NCBI GenBank assembly: GCA_014237855.1
Contig: JABACD010000007.1
Span: 65,399-129,398 of the forward strand
From: Planctomycetota bacterium
Lineage (GTDB): Bacteria; Planctomycetota; UBA1135; GCA-002686595
DNA length: 64,000 nt
Reading direction: 5' to 3'
The notes under the pieces were generated by a model, which did no database searches, was not told the origin of the DNA, and saw only the letters and a list, made by a program, of their open reading frames with translations. The translations under genes and the position numbers were made by a program. Shown one piece after another: positions 29,261 to 39,314 of this stretch; position 1 is the first letter of the stretch, and every line of letters starts with the position of its first letter.

Positions 29261-29541
29261 AGTGGTTCGCACTCAGCTACCTGGTGGTCAGCCTGATCAC
29301 CTTCGTATTTTACGGAGTGGACAAGCGCAGGGCTCGTCGGGGCGAGCTGCGCGTGCCCGAGAAGACCCTGCACACCCTCGAACTCCTGGGCGGCTGGCCA
29401 GGCGCCTGGATCGGGCAGCGGGTCTTCCGTCACAAGACCCAGAAGCTCTCCTTCCGGCTGGTCTTCTGGGCAATCGTGGCCCTGCACCTGTCCTTGTGGG
29501 CCTGGCTGATCTACGAGTACGCCATCCCGACCGGTGACTGA
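29257..29541 (+). CDS. DUF1294 small membrane protein
   Basis: FYGVDKRRARRGELRVPEKTLHTLELLGGWPGAWIGQRVFRHKTQK is the DUF1294 signature. ATGA overlap with the upstream gene. Confidence 0.8.
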   Translation: MKWFALSYLVVSLITFVFYGVDKRRARRGELRVPEKTLHTLELLGGWPGAWIGQRVFRHKTQKLSFRLVFWAIVALHLSLWAWLIYEYAIPTGD

Positions 29542-29569
29542 CCTCGCTGCGCGACGGCGACGAGCGAGG

Positions 29570-30691
29570 CTAGCCGTCGCTCTGCAGCACCTCGGCCCTG
29601 GTCATCACGGAGATCATCGTGTGCCGCACCCAGAGTCCATCATTGTGGAGCGTGTCTCGCCGGGTGATGCCGGCCTCCTTGAGCTTCTTGCTCTTGTCGT
29701 GGGTCTTGATCCACTTCTTCAGGAAGGAGTCCCAATCCTCTGAGTCGGGAAGCTCCGACTCCAGCTTCTCCGGCGTACTCTCAGTCGAGTCCCAGAGGGC
29801 GTGAAAGCGCTCGAGGTTGGCCCCATAACCATCCCGGAGAGCGGGATAGCCGGACAGATAGGTCATGGCCATGGCGTGACGCAGGCCCCGGTGGTGCTGG
29901 ATATCCTTGAAGAGGGCACCAACCTGGTCGTAGAGCTGCTTGTGTTTTCTCTCAGGCACCGGAGCGCGATAGCTCTTCCAATCATCCTCGAGATCATGAA
30001 TCACGCCCAGCGTGTCCACGTCCGGCATCTCCATGTTCGCACCTGAGGCCCAGGCATCGTAGAGCGTGAGCCCGGTGTAGGCGCGTCCCGACCGGTCCGT
30101 GTAGAGGTGAGCAAAGGCCTCCGCGGTCGCTTGCTGGGAACCATCATCCAGCCACATTTCGACCAGGGCCTCCGCCAGATCCAGATCCGGAGGGAAGCCT
30201 GCCAGAGCATTTCGAAAGATGCGATCGGGGTCATCGAGTCGCTGAGTGCGACGCAACTCCTGCTCGCCGTAGTCGTAGATGAATGCACTGTCCAGCTTGC
30301 GCTCCGGTACACGAAAGAAGAACTCCTCGCGCTTCTTCTCGAGGGACTTGCTCGTCAAGGAGAGCCGCTTGCGAGCAATCGGCTGCGCGGGAGCATGCAC
30401 CTCGGGGTCATACCAGCTACCCGGGCCCACAATGGGCCAGAGCCCGGCATCCCGCGGTTGATTCTCCAGGCAGAAGCGAACGAGTGAGTTCTGGAAGGTG
30501 TCGAGCCAGACAACCTCGGAACGAAACCACTCGACGAGTTCCTCCTGAACCTCTGGCTCCAGCTTCTCCCAGGCAGCGATCACTTCTTCATCGGTGGGTC
30601 CCTCGAGAGGCCTCGAGAGGGAAGAGGTGCTTGCAGGTGCCGCCAGACTTGTAGCGAGTAGACAGGCAGTGATCGTGGTGAGCATCGTCAA
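29570..30691 (-). CDS. Secreted hypothetical protein
   Basis: Signal peptide MTMLTTITACLLATSLAAPAS, coding-like codon usage, and no family that I recognise. Confidence 0.6.
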   Translation of the reverse strand: MTMLTTITACLLATSLAAPASTSSLSRPLEGPTDEEVIAAWEKLEPEVQEELVEWFRSEVVWLDTFQNSLVRFCLENQPRDAGLWPIVGPGSWYDPEVHAPAQPIARKRLSLTSKSLEKKREEFFFRVPERKLDSAFIYDYGEQELRRTQRLDDPDRIFRNALAGFPPDLDLAEALVEMWLDDGSQQATAEAFAHLYTDRSGRAYTGLTLYDAWASGANMEMPDVDTLGVIHDLEDDWKSYRAPVPERKHKQLYDQVGALFKDIQHHRGLRHAMAMTYLSGYPALRDGYGANLERFHALWDSTESTPEKLESELPDSEDWDSFLKKWIKTHDKSKKLKEAGITRRDTLHNDGLWVRHTMISVMTRAEVLQSDG

Positions 30692-30728
30692 ATCATAGGA
30701 CCACTGCCCCGAAGCAGGCCAGGGTCAC

Positions 30729-31343
30729 TCAGACCTTACGAAAGGACATCCCCGCGCTTCTAGCCGCTGCCCCGTCCGCGTCATCCCTATCACCGATCAC
30801 CAGGCAGGCCTGCGGCGCCACCCCAAGGGCCGCTGCGGCGGCCAGATACCCCACAGGAGAGGGCTTGAGCTCGGTGGGCCCCTGTGGCTCTCCATTGGCC
30901 ACGATGACCTCAAAGAGCCCCTCAGCTCCAAGCGCCCGGAGCTTGTCCCGCGCGGGGTAGTCACTGACCAGGGCGGTGCGCCCTCCGGCAGCTCGGAAGG
31001 CCTCGATCTCCCTCAAGAGGGCAGTATTTCGAAAGTGGGGCAACCAGCGACAGGGCCTCTTCACCATCCACTCCCTCACGGTCCGTTCAAGCTCCTGAGG
31101 ATCAATCCCCAGCCTTGCCGAAGCTCGTGCCAGCTGCAGGGCAAAGGGATCGCCGTGACAGTCCGGCCTCTCTTCTCGGATGGCCTCATGCTCCCGCCGG
31201 AAGGCTCGAATCGCTGACAGGCTGGGCAACCCCAGGAGCAGGAGCTCCGCCGCCATCATCAGCTTGAGAGGCCGCGGAGCGTAGAGCGTTCCATCCAGGT
31301 CAACCAGCCAGGCCTTGGTGGGGGTGGATCCTTCAGCCGTCAT
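30729..31343 (-). CDS. HAD-superfamily hydrolase
   Basis: The DxD motif (LVDLDGTLY) and the distal motif (GDRDDADGAAA) are present. The ATG at 31343 overlaps the end of the upstream gene. Confidence 0.75.
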   Translation of the reverse strand: MTAEGSTPTKAWLVDLDGTLYAPRPLKLMMAAELLLLGLPSLSAIRAFRREHEAIREERPDCHGDPFALQLARASARLGIDPQELERTVREWMVKRPCRWLPHFRNTALLREIEAFRAAGGRTALVSDYPARDKLRALGAEGLFEVIVANGEPQGPTELKPSPVGYLAAAAALGVAPQACLVIGDRDDADGAAARSAGMSFRKV

Positions 31344-31812
31344 CGGTGAAGCGCTCGTGCCCGCTATCCTCCATGTTCCGAATCTCCTTGAACAGCACAC
31401 CAGCCTCCTCGGTCTTTCCGTCCAGGACCAGCTCCTCCAGGTCGAGCAGCTGCTTGCCCATTCGAATCAGCATCCGACGGTACTCCTTAACGAAGTCAGC
31501 ACGCTTCTCGGCGGGCTGCGATTCAGCCATCGGCGGAGTCTGAACCTTGGCCTTGGAGACAGCATCCTGCATGGCAACAATCGACTTCAACGAGGTTGCT
31601 TGCTTGGTCTGGTCCTTGAGACTCTTGCGCAGGACCCGCAGCTCGTCCTCCATGACCTCCATGGCCTCCTCGAGCTCAGTGTGATCGCCATCGTTGACAC
31701 CTGTGGCAGCCGCTCCGGTCTCGTGGCGAGTCGCCGCCGCCTGACTTGACAGGGTGACGAAGAGGAGAAGCGCCGCAATGGTTCCTAGCGAGGAGATGTT
31801 TCTGAGTGTCAT
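31333..31812 (-). CDS. Periplasmic cytochrome b562-like four-helix-bundle protein
   Basis: It has a signal peptide. LEEAMEVMEDEL..., ...AKVQTPP... and ...EAGVLFKEIRNMEDSGHERF parallel b562 (N-terminal Met ligand, TPP turn, C-terminal His ligand). Confidence 0.55.
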   Translation of the reverse strand: MTLRNISSLGTIAALLLFVTLSSQAAATRHETGAAATGVNDGDHTELEEAMEVMEDELRVLRKSLKDQTKQATSLKSIVAMQDAVSKAKVQTPPMAESQPAEKRADFVKEYRRMLIRMGKQLLDLEELVLDGKTEEAGVLFKEIRNMEDSGHERFTDDG

Positions 31813-31840
31813 CGTTTTCTTGTGGGTCGTAGCGGTTGAC

Positions 31841-32971
31841 CTAGCGGCCCCCCTGGCGTTGTTTTTCCTGAATCACGCGAATCTCGTGCAGATCCGCCTC
31901 CCAGTAGCGTGCTTGCTCTTCCTTGGACGGCTCCTTGAGCGGGCGTACAACACGAAAGCCCACGAACTGGGCATCGGTGTGGTACCAGATACTCTTGGGT
32001 AGCTGGGGGTCCTGTACCTTCCAGCTCTTGAGCGACTTCCTTCGACCTGCGCTGCGTAGTTCTTCGATGTCGTCATCCCAGGAACCGCCACGCACGAGCC
32101 GCGGATAGAGCGATCGCGGCCAGTGGATCGGATTGTCGACGATTCCTTCCACCTGCAAGCCGTAGTTCTTCTGGTGACCGTCAAGAACCCACTCCGCGAC
32201 ATTTCCATGCATGTCGAAGAGGCCCCATGGATTGGCTTTCTTCTTGCCAACCTGCCGATAGCCGTCGTCAGCGTTGTCGTAGTACCAGGCGTGATCATCG
32301 ACGTCTGCGGGATCGTCCCCCCAGGAATAGGCCGTGGTCGTACCAGCTCGACAGGCGTACTCCCATTCTGCCTCAGTCGGCAGGCGGTAGAAGCGACCGG
32401 TCTTCATGGAGAGCCACTTGGTGTACTGCTTGGCTGCGAACTGGGTCATGCAGATCGCAGGGTAGCCCTCGACCCCCATGGAGAAGTCCATCGGCACGTA
32501 GGGTGGGGTCGGACGACTGACCGCATCTGCCCAAGGTGCCTGGGGAGCGATCGTGTGGCCTTCCTGTGAACGGAGCTGGATGTCGAGCTTGAACTGGAAC
32601 ACCTGGTACTCGTCCCAGGTGACCTCGTGAGCCTCCATCCAGAATGGATCCACGCGAACCTCATGCTGGGGGCCCTCGTCCTTGTCGCGATCCGGCTCTT
32701 CCCCTGGGCTCCCCATCAGAAAGGTCCCACCTGGGATCGGAAGCATGCGGAAGCTGACGTCAGTCTCCTCCAGCCGCTCCAGGTAGGGCCGCATCTTCTC
32801 GGCACTCGACGCGCTGGCTCCCTCTATTTCCAGCGGCGGTGGATTGCCTTCCGGCGGCTCAGGGTAAACACCCACCTGCTGCCCTTCATCCTCACCGAAT
32901 GAGACGCCCGCAGCACTTGGGAGAACAAGGAGAACCAGCCTGAATGGATGCAAGGTGAGCACGGGGGTCAC
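31841..32971 (-). CDS. Formylglycine-generating-enzyme (SUMF1/FGE-sulfatase) domain protein
   Basis: GGTFLMGSP...[44 protein letters not shown] and RGGSW are present. GTG start. Confidence 0.85.
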   Translation of the reverse strand: MTPVLTLHPFRLVLLVLPSAAGVSFGEDEGQQVGVYPEPPEGNPPPLEIEGASASSAEKMRPYLERLEETDVSFRMLPIPGGTFLMGSPGEEPDRDKDEGPQHEVRVDPFWMEAHEVTWDEYQVFQFKLDIQLRSQEGHTIAPQAPWADAVSRPTPPYVPMDFSMGVEGYPAICMTQFAAKQYTKWLSMKTGRFYRLPTEAEWEYACRAGTTTAYSWGDDPADVDDHAWYYDNADDGYRQVGKKKANPWGLFDMHGNVAEWVLDGHQKNYGLQVEGIVDNPIHWPRSLYPRLVRGGSWDDDIEELRSAGRRKSLKSWKVQDPQLPKSIWYHTDAQFVGFRVVRPLKEPSKEEQARYWEADLHEIRVIQEKQRQGGR

Positions 32972-33024
32972 GGGGAGAAAGGAGAAAGCTCAGCAGGGGA
33001 CTTTAGCGTAGATTCGGGGGTGCG

Positions 33025-34038
33025 ATGATGCGGATATTCCCAGTTCTGCTGCTCCTGTTCGGCAGCTGCGCGGCTCTGGAGACACCAGCCAGATACGAGG
33101 AGTCCCGCCTGCTGATGGGGACCGAGTTCCGAATTGTCCTGTATTCCAGCGAGGAGCAGCTCGCACGTATCGCTCTCGATGAAGCCTGGGCCCGGCTAGA
33201 GCGGCTCGAGGACGTCTTCAGCGACTACCGAGATCAGAGTGAAGTCTCACTCCTTTCGCGCAGCTCGGACGCCGCAGGCGAACGGGTGACCGTGCCCCTG
33301 TCACAGGACCTCTGGTACGTTCTCTCCAGTGCTCAGCTGATCAGCCGTGAGACCGACGGAGCCTTCGACGTCACGGTGGGGCCCTTCGTACGTCTGTGGC
33401 GCCGATCCATTCGACAGCAGCAGCTTCCCAGCCCGGCCCGCCTCGATGAGGCTCGCCGCAAGGTCGGTCACGAGCACCTCGAGCTGCTCTCCAGGCCAAG
33501 GGCAGCTCGACTCGCCATGAGGGAAATGCGGCTCGACCTTGGCGGCATTGCCAAGGGCTACTCGATCGACCAAGCTCTGCTGGAGCTGAGCCGGCAGGGG
33601 ATCGAGAGTGCCCTGATCGATGCTGGTGGAGACATCGTGGTCAGCGCAGCGCCCCCTGGACAGAGCGGCTGGAAGATCGCGCTGGAAGGATCGGCTGAAG
33701 GGGGCAGCTGCCTGCTCCTCAGCCATGGCGCAGTGGCCAGCTCCGGGGACTCCTACCGCTTTGTCGACCTGGGAGGAGTCCGTTATTCCCACCTCATCGA
33801 TCCCCGGACGGGACTGGGACTGACTTCCAGCCCGGCAGTCACCGTCCTCGCGGGGGATGCCATGACGGCCGATGCCTGCGCCTCAGCAGCCTCCGTTCTG
33901 GGGCCCGAGACGGGACTGCCATGGCTTGAAAGGCGAATTGGGGTGGAAGGACGCTTTTGGGTGATCGAAAAAGCTCCCGGGGAAGCTTGCGAGACCTCTG
34001 GATTCGCGAGGAGAATGATCGACCCCACGATGCGCTGA
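33025..34038 (+). CDS. apbE: FAD:protein FMN transferase
   Basis: LMGTEFRIVLY, FDVTVGPFVRLW, LDLGGIAKGYSID and AGGDIVV are ApbE signatures. Confidence 0.85.
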   Translation: MMRIFPVLLLLFGSCAALETPARYEESRLLMGTEFRIVLYSSEEQLARIALDEAWARLERLEDVFSDYRDQSEVSLLSRSSDAAGERVTVPLSQDLWYVLSSAQLISRETDGAFDVTVGPFVRLWRRSIRQQQLPSPARLDEARRKVGHEHLELLSRPRAARLAMREMRLDLGGIAKGYSIDQALLELSRQGIESALIDAGGDIVVSAAPPGQSGWKIALEGSAEGGSCLLLSHGAVASSGDSYRFVDLGGVRYSHLIDPRTGLGLTSSPAVTVLAGDAMTADACASAASVLGPETGLPWLERRIGVEGRFWVIEKAPGEACETSGFARRMIDPTMR

Positions 34039-34080
34039 GCGCGCCTCGCGAATCTCTCTTCCAATCCAGCCGATCAGCCC

Positions 34081-35388
34081 ATGAGCTCGTCCATGTCCGA
34101 ATCCACCCCCTCGGTGCATCCCACCCGGCGACATCTCCTGCGAGGAGGTGCGCTTGCCGCCGTCGCCGCCGCCAGCGCCCCCTACAGCTCCGCGGGACGA
34201 ATCTTCCGCCCTGGAGGCGATGAGATGCTCAAGGTCGGACTGGTAGGCTGCGGCGGTCGTGGCCGCGGAGCGGCCTACAACGCCCTTCAAGCCGACCCGA
34301 ACACCAAGCTGGTCGCCGTCGCGGATGCCTTCCCTGAGCCGATACAGGACGCCCTGAGCTCCTGGCGAAATTCCCCCGACATCGCTGAACAGATCGCCGT
34401 CGACCCGGACCACGAGTTCGTGGGCTTCGACGGCTACAAGGGCGTGATCGAGAGCTGTGATGTGGTCCTGCTTGCCACCAGCCCTCACTTCAGGCCCCTT
34501 CACGTGGAGGCGGGCGTTGAGGCTGGAAAGCACCTGTTCGTCGAGAAGCCCGTGGCCACTGACCCCGCCGGCCTGCGTCGTATCTGGGAAGCCTGCAAGA
34601 AGGCGCGCGAGAAGGACCTCAGCGTCGTGTCAGGTCTCTGCTATCGCTATGAGTTCGGCAAGCAAGCAACCGTCGAACGCATCCAGGATGGTGCCATCGG
34701 GGACATCACGGCCATGCAGACCACGTACAACACGGGAGGGCTGTGGCATCGAGGCAACAAGCCCGAGTGGAGTGAAATGGAGTACCAGATGAGGAACTGG
34801 CTCTACTTCACCTGGCTCTCCGGAGACCACATCGCCGAGCAGCACATCCACAGCCTCGACAAGCTGGCCTGGGTCAAGGGAGGCTATCCCGTCAAGGCAG
34901 TCTCGAGCGGCGGACGCTCGCAGCGCACTCAGGAGCAGTGGGGCAACATCTTCGACCACTTCAACACGGTCTACGAGTGGGATGACGGTGTTCGGGGCTT
35001 CTCCTCCTGTCGCCAGTGGACTGGCACCGCCCACGACGTGTCCGACTGGGTCTTCGGAACCAAGGGTAGGGCCAACATTCAACGGCACCGGATCGAGTCA
35101 GAAGACAATGACTGGCGCCATCGATCAGAGGGACCGGATGACATGTACCAGAACGAGCACGATGCCTTCTTCGCCTCAATTCGTTCGGGGGAGAGGATCG
35201 ACAACAGTGACTACATGTGCGAGTCGACCCTGATGGCCATCATGGGCAGGCTGGCTGCCTACACCGGCCAGAGCGTTACCCGGCAGCAGGTACTGGAGTC
35301 CCAGCTCGATCTCTCACCGAAGGCCTATGCCTGGGGGGACAACCCCGCATCCGAGATCGCCGTTCCCGGCGTGACCAAGATGATCTGA
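34081..35388 (+). CDS. Tat-signal Gfo/Idh/MocA-family oxidoreductase
   Basis: The N-terminus carries a twin-arginine motif (TRRHLLRGGALAAVAAA). It is followed by a Rossmann segment (VGLVGCGGRGRGAA) and an EKP motif (FVEKPVA). Confidence 0.8.
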   Translation: MSSSMSESTPSVHPTRRHLLRGGALAAVAAASAPYSSAGRIFRPGGDEMLKVGLVGCGGRGRGAAYNALQADPNTKLVAVADAFPEPIQDALSSWRNSPDIAEQIAVDPDHEFVGFDGYKGVIESCDVVLLATSPHFRPLHVEAGVEAGKHLFVEKPVATDPAGLRRIWEACKKAREKDLSVVSGLCYRYEFGKQATVERIQDGAIGDITAMQTTYNTGGLWHRGNKPEWSEMEYQMRNWLYFTWLSGDHIAEQHIHSLDKLAWVKGGYPVKAVSSGGRSQRTQEQWGNIFDHFNTVYEWDDGVRGFSSCRQWTGTAHDVSDWVFGTKGRANIQRHRIESEDNDWRHRSEGPDDMYQNEHDAFFASIRSGERIDNSDYMCESTLMAIMGRLAAYTGQSVTRQQVLESQLDLSPKAYAWGDNPASEIAVPGVTKMI

Positions 35389-35413
35389 GTCACGACCCTC
35401 TCGGCCAAGAATC

Positions 35414-35445
35414 AGGCGGCGGCGAGCTCGAGCTCGCCGCCGCCT
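35414..35445. terminator. Perfect 32-nt palindrome between convergent genes
   Basis: AGGCGGCGGCGAGCTC|GAGCTCGCCGCCGCCT. Confidence 0.6.
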
Positions 35446-35495
35446 TGTTCATGGGCGGGCCCCAGCTGGGGTGGCCGCCATCATCACTCGGTCAA

Positions 35496-38015
35496 CTAGT
35501 AGGCAATCGCGTTACTGGTGTTGAACTCGAAGCCGCACTGGAGGATGTTCGACGGATCGCGGAACCAGTACTGGATATTGAAGGCGGAGCCCGTTGCTCC
35601 CGTCGTGTCGAACACTGCCTGGAAGCTGTTGCCACCGGGGAAGTAGACGTTCGAGCGCACGACTGAGCCGATCACGCAGCGACGTCCACAACCAAAGGGC
35701 AGATCAGCCTGGCTATCTCCGTAGAACAGGATCCCGGGAGTGTTGGGAACATCCGAGATGTCGAAGGTCATGACGCCGCCAGGAGTTCCACTCACATGCG
35801 CCAGACTTGCGCCCAGCGGAGAGAAGGAGTTGGGGTTGGCGGGCTCGCAGTAGGCCGTCGGCTCGCCAGGACCACTATCACAGGACACGCTCGAAACGGT
35901 GAAGCCATCGACTCCAGCCTCGACGATGCTCTGCGGGTCGCCGTCGTTCGCAGTAAAGCGAACCACCATGTTGTTGGTCAGGGTGATCCCGGCGCTCTCC
36001 ATGTCGACCGTATGCGAGGTCCAGGAGGAACCATTGTCGCTCGAGTGCGTCGCGATGGTCGTCCAACCGCCGGCGCCTCCATTGTTGTTGGCCTCGACCA
36101 GCAGACGGTCGGTACCGTCAGCATTGGTCAGCTCCAGGTAGTACAGGTAGCTGACCTGGACGTTGCCACCAGTCATGTCGAGCGAGGGTGAGGTCAGCGT
36201 CACAGAGCCACCATCGACGTCCGTGTTGCCATTCTCGTTCTGAGTCAGGTAAGCAGAGCCGCTTCCGTCACCGTCCGAGGCGGGGTCGTAATCCCAGCCA
36301 CCATCGTCAACAGGCACACCGCGCTGCCATTGCCCCGAAGAGGCGTTACTCACCGAGGTGCTCCAACCCTGGTTGCTCTCGAAGTTGTCCGCGAAGACCG
36401 AAGTGGCCTCGCCAACCGATGCAGTCCACGGAGAGCTCGAGCCATTCTCCGGCAGGGTGCTGCTGCCGCAGGATGCGGAGTCGAAGCTGATGTAGAACTC
36501 CGGGCTATCGGTGCAGAGCGCTACCGGCAGGTCCCCCGAGTAGCTGTTCCCGCCCGTGTTGGACATCACCACCGAGCTGTAGGAGCCTCCCTGGTAGCGA
36601 TAGTTGAGCACCACATTGCCCGTGACATCGCCAATCAGGTCGCAGTCAACCGGGGTCGTGGCCTGGGAGCTGACGATCGTGGGGGGGGTCGCCGAGCCAC
36701 TCACGCCCGCGTACAGGGGCAGGCAGTTGTTGACGTCGGGCGTCACCTGAGCGACCACCGTGGGGTGGAAGAAGGTCGTGATGTTGGCAAGGCCACCGGG
36801 GCAGAGGTGGCAATAGCTCATGATCGTGCCCTGGTTCGTGCAGACGTTGCCGCTCGAGCACTGGCCCGATGAGCACTCATCGAGGGGCGGGCAGTAGTCG
36901 TGAGAGTGGGGCGAGGAGAAGTTATGGCCCAGCTCATGGCAGAAGACCATGAAGTCCCAGTTCTGGGGACCCTGAGTGACAGGGAAGTTCACGTTACTGT
37001 TGATGTTCCCGCTGACGCCAAAGTTGAACTCGTTGTTGCAGAGCACACTGAGCCAGGCAACTCCACCACCGAGCGAGGCGCCCGAGAGGAAGTGGCCGAG
37101 GGTAGCGCCGGTGGGGACGTTGCCACTCCACGCGCCTTGGAATTCATAGAGCAGGTCCACGCTTCCACCGCCACTGTCCTGGCTCGACCAGCCGTCATTG
37201 CTGGTCGTGTAGAACTGGAGGTAGGGAAATGTCAGGACCGTGTTGAACTGACTCTCATAACGATCACTCGCTGCCGCGGTGAGTGAGGTGATGTAGGCAG
37301 TCTCCGCGGACAGGTTGTTGTTGAAGACGTCGTTGTACATCTGCCAGTCGGTCTCAACAGCAACGGTGCACTCCCGTGCCGAGCAGGCGCCCAGCATCTG
37401 AGTTCCAAAGCCCTCACCAGAGAGGTCGTTCTGGCCGCCGGGCTGGCGGGCAGTATGCTCACCACTCACCTCCGAGATCCGGCTCGACTCACAGAAGTTA
37501 TCCATCGGGCCGTTGATCTCGATCAGGGAAGACTCCGTGATCAGGAGCGATGTAGTATCGAACCAATCGTTGCCTTCGCCTGGCTTCGGCATCAGGTGGA
37601 CGAGGCCACTATCACGCTTGATCCAACCGCGTGATCCAACAGTCGAGAACGACAGAACCACGTCCGAACTGGGCTCACCAACCACGGTGCCGACCCAGAC
37701 GCTCAGGTCGAGGCCCTCCAGCAGGTCGGTACGCGTCTCGCCATTGACCTGGAAACCGTACTTGTAGCGACCGAGGTCGAGCTGCCGCAGGTTCAGATCG
37801 ATCATCTCACCGCCAGGCAGATAGACCTCGTTGAACGTCACAGAGCGCGTGTTCATCAAGTCTGCAATGGCATCCAGGTCAGGCTTGACCGTGACCATGT
37901 TCGTGGAGGTGTCTTCCCTGGCAACTTCCATCGGGAAGGCGCGTTGCATCTGAGAAAAGGCTGGGCTGGCAAGCAGCACCAGACCGAGGAGGGACGAGGA
38001 CATCTGGAGTCTCAT
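35496..38015 (-). CDS. Secreted reprolysin/M12B-like zinc metalloprotease with large C-terminal beta-rich region
   Basis: The signal peptide is MRLQMSSSLLGLVLLASPAFSQ. The zinc site is FCHELGHNFSSPHSHD (HExxHxxxxxH). The C-terminal ~125 aa are shared with the 42328..43659 product. Confidence 0.8.
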   Translation of the reverse strand: MRLQMSSSLLGLVLLASPAFSQMQRAFPMEVAREDTSTNMVTVKPDLDAIADLMNTRSVTFNEVYLPGGEMIDLNLRQLDLGRYKYGFQVNGETRTDLLEGLDLSVWVGTVVGEPSSDVVLSFSTVGSRGWIKRDSGLVHLMPKPGEGNDWFDTTSLLITESSLIEINGPMDNFCESSRISEVSGEHTARQPGGQNDLSGEGFGTQMLGACSARECTVAVETDWQMYNDVFNNNLSAETAYITSLTAAASDRYESQFNTVLTFPYLQFYTTSNDGWSSQDSGGGSVDLLYEFQGAWSGNVPTGATLGHFLSGASLGGGVAWLSVLCNNEFNFGVSGNINSNVNFPVTQGPQNWDFMVFCHELGHNFSSPHSHDYCPPLDECSSGQCSSGNVCTNQGTIMSYCHLCPGGLANITTFFHPTVVAQVTPDVNNCLPLYAGVSGSATPPTIVSSQATTPVDCDLIGDVTGNVVLNYRYQGGSYSSVVMSNTGGNSYSGDLPVALCTDSPEFYISFDSASCGSSTLPENGSSSPWTASVGEATSVFADNFESNQGWSTSVSNASSGQWQRGVPVDDGGWDYDPASDGDGSGSAYLTQNENGNTDVDGGSVTLTSPSLDMTGGNVQVSYLYYLELTNADGTDRLLVEANNNGGAGGWTTIATHSSDNGSSWTSHTVDMESAGITLTNNMVVRFTANDGDPQSIVEAGVDGFTVSSVSCDSGPGEPTAYCEPANPNSFSPLGASLAHVSGTPGGVMTFDISDVPNTPGILFYGDSQADLPFGCGRRCVIGSVVRSNVYFPGGNSFQAVFDTTGATGSAFNIQYWFRDPSNILQCGFEFNTSNAIAY

Positions 38016-38267
38016 TGGTGTGTTGGGCTGGGGGGCTGAAACAGGATCGATTCACAACTTGATCAAAGCGGAATCCACGTATACAGACCAGTAGACAGCC
38101 TTCTCACTGCTCAGGTTCCCATAATGGGACGAAGAACCTCTATTTTGCTCCAGAGGTCACTATTTGGGCCCGAATTCGAGCCTGGCGTGCATCGCTCAGC
38201 CCCCTCGCCCCCCAGTCAAGCATCCGACAACCGGATCGCCACTTCCGGGTTTCTGAGCCGCCGGCGC

Positions 38268-39314
38268 TCAGGCAGCTCTGAGAACCATGCCCGCACCCTC
38301 GTCCGCGGACTCGAAGCAGATCCTCTTGGCCTCCAACAAGACTGCCTTCCGGCGCTCCTCGGGGACCTCGAGAAACTCGAGCTCTGGGCAGCTGACCAGA
38401 CTCTCATAGGGGCTACTGCGCTCGAAGGAGAGATGAAGGTCCAGCTTGTGTGCCAGGCAGGCAAGGGCAGCCCCTTTTGAGAACCCTGTATTCGACGCGA
38501 AGTCATGATGCTGTCCGGCGACGCTTGCGATCTCCGGATCCAGTCTCCACTTCTCCGCGAGTGCTTGGCCAGCTCGCTCGTGATTGAGCATCAAGACTCT
38601 TCCCACGGTAGGCGCCGACGGCGCGTCGCTGCCCTTCGTCTCCTCGGAGATTATCGACAGCAAGGCGATCTTCCCAACATCATGCAGCAGCCCGATGAGG
38701 AAGGCCCGATCCCGATCGATTCCCACCTTGGGAGCAATGGCTCGTGCAATCGAAGCCACACTGAAGGCCTGCCTCCAAACCTCAGCGGTGTATGTCTCCA
38801 GCGATTTGACGCGCATCACAGTTCCACGCACGGAAACAGTGAAGATCAACGAGCGCAATCCACGAAGACCGATGCGCATCACGGCGTCCTCGAGTGTCTC
38901 CGCAGGATTGTGAGTCGCGTAGACGACCGAATTCGCCAGGCGGAGGAGCTCACTTGCCAGTGCTGGGTCCGACGAAATCAGGCCCACCACGCGTGCAACC
39001 TCCACGTCAGGACGACCTGCAAGCGATACCAGCGCCATACTCGTGGCAGGCAGCTGAGGAAGCGTGAAGCGTCCCAGGTCGACCATCGTCCCCACGCGCT
39101 TCACCAGAGCTTCGTCCATGGGAGAGAGCTCTGAGCTCAGGTAGTCGGTACTGTCCAGGTCCAGCGTCGACAGGGGTCGAATCGGGAGCGAATCGTCACC
39201 CACACCCCCAGATGCGTGCTGCGCTTCCCCTTTCGAGGTGCTTCGACGCTTCCTGGGTACGACCTGGGAATCCAGGCCTAGCGCTTTCTTGAGCCTTCCA
39301 AATAGAGGGGACAT
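38268..39314 (-). CDS. HDOD-domain signalling protein
   Basis: LPQLPATSMALVSL....DPALASELLRLANS...IGLLHDVGKIAL fits the HDOD pattern. ATG at 39314 chosen over the track start. Confidence 0.75.
   Translation of the reverse strand: MSPLFGRLKKALGLDSQVVPRKRRSTSKGEAQHASGGVGDDSLPIRPLSTLDLDSTDYLSSELSPMDEALVKRVGTMVDLGRFTLPQLPATSMALVSLAGRPDVEVARVVGLISSDPALASELLRLANSVVYATHNPAETLEDAVMRIGLRGLRSLIFTVSVRGTVMRVKSLETYTAEVWRQAFSVASIARAIAPKVGIDRDRAFLIGLLHDVGKIALLSIISEETKGSDAPSAPTVGRVLMLNHERAGQALAEKWRLDPEIASVAGQHHDFASNTGFSKGAALACLAHKLDLHLSFERSSPYESLVSCPELEFLEVPEERRKAVLLEAKRICFESADEGAGMVLRAA

Noticed and set aside
31333-31812. The b562-like protein as the ApbE flavinylation client, via its N-terminal ...HETGAAATG... 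segment.
   Set aside because: The motif reads T-G-A-A, not the [ST]-G-A-[ST] context with an upstream Asp or Asn that ApbE substrates carry. The resemblance is too weak to claim.
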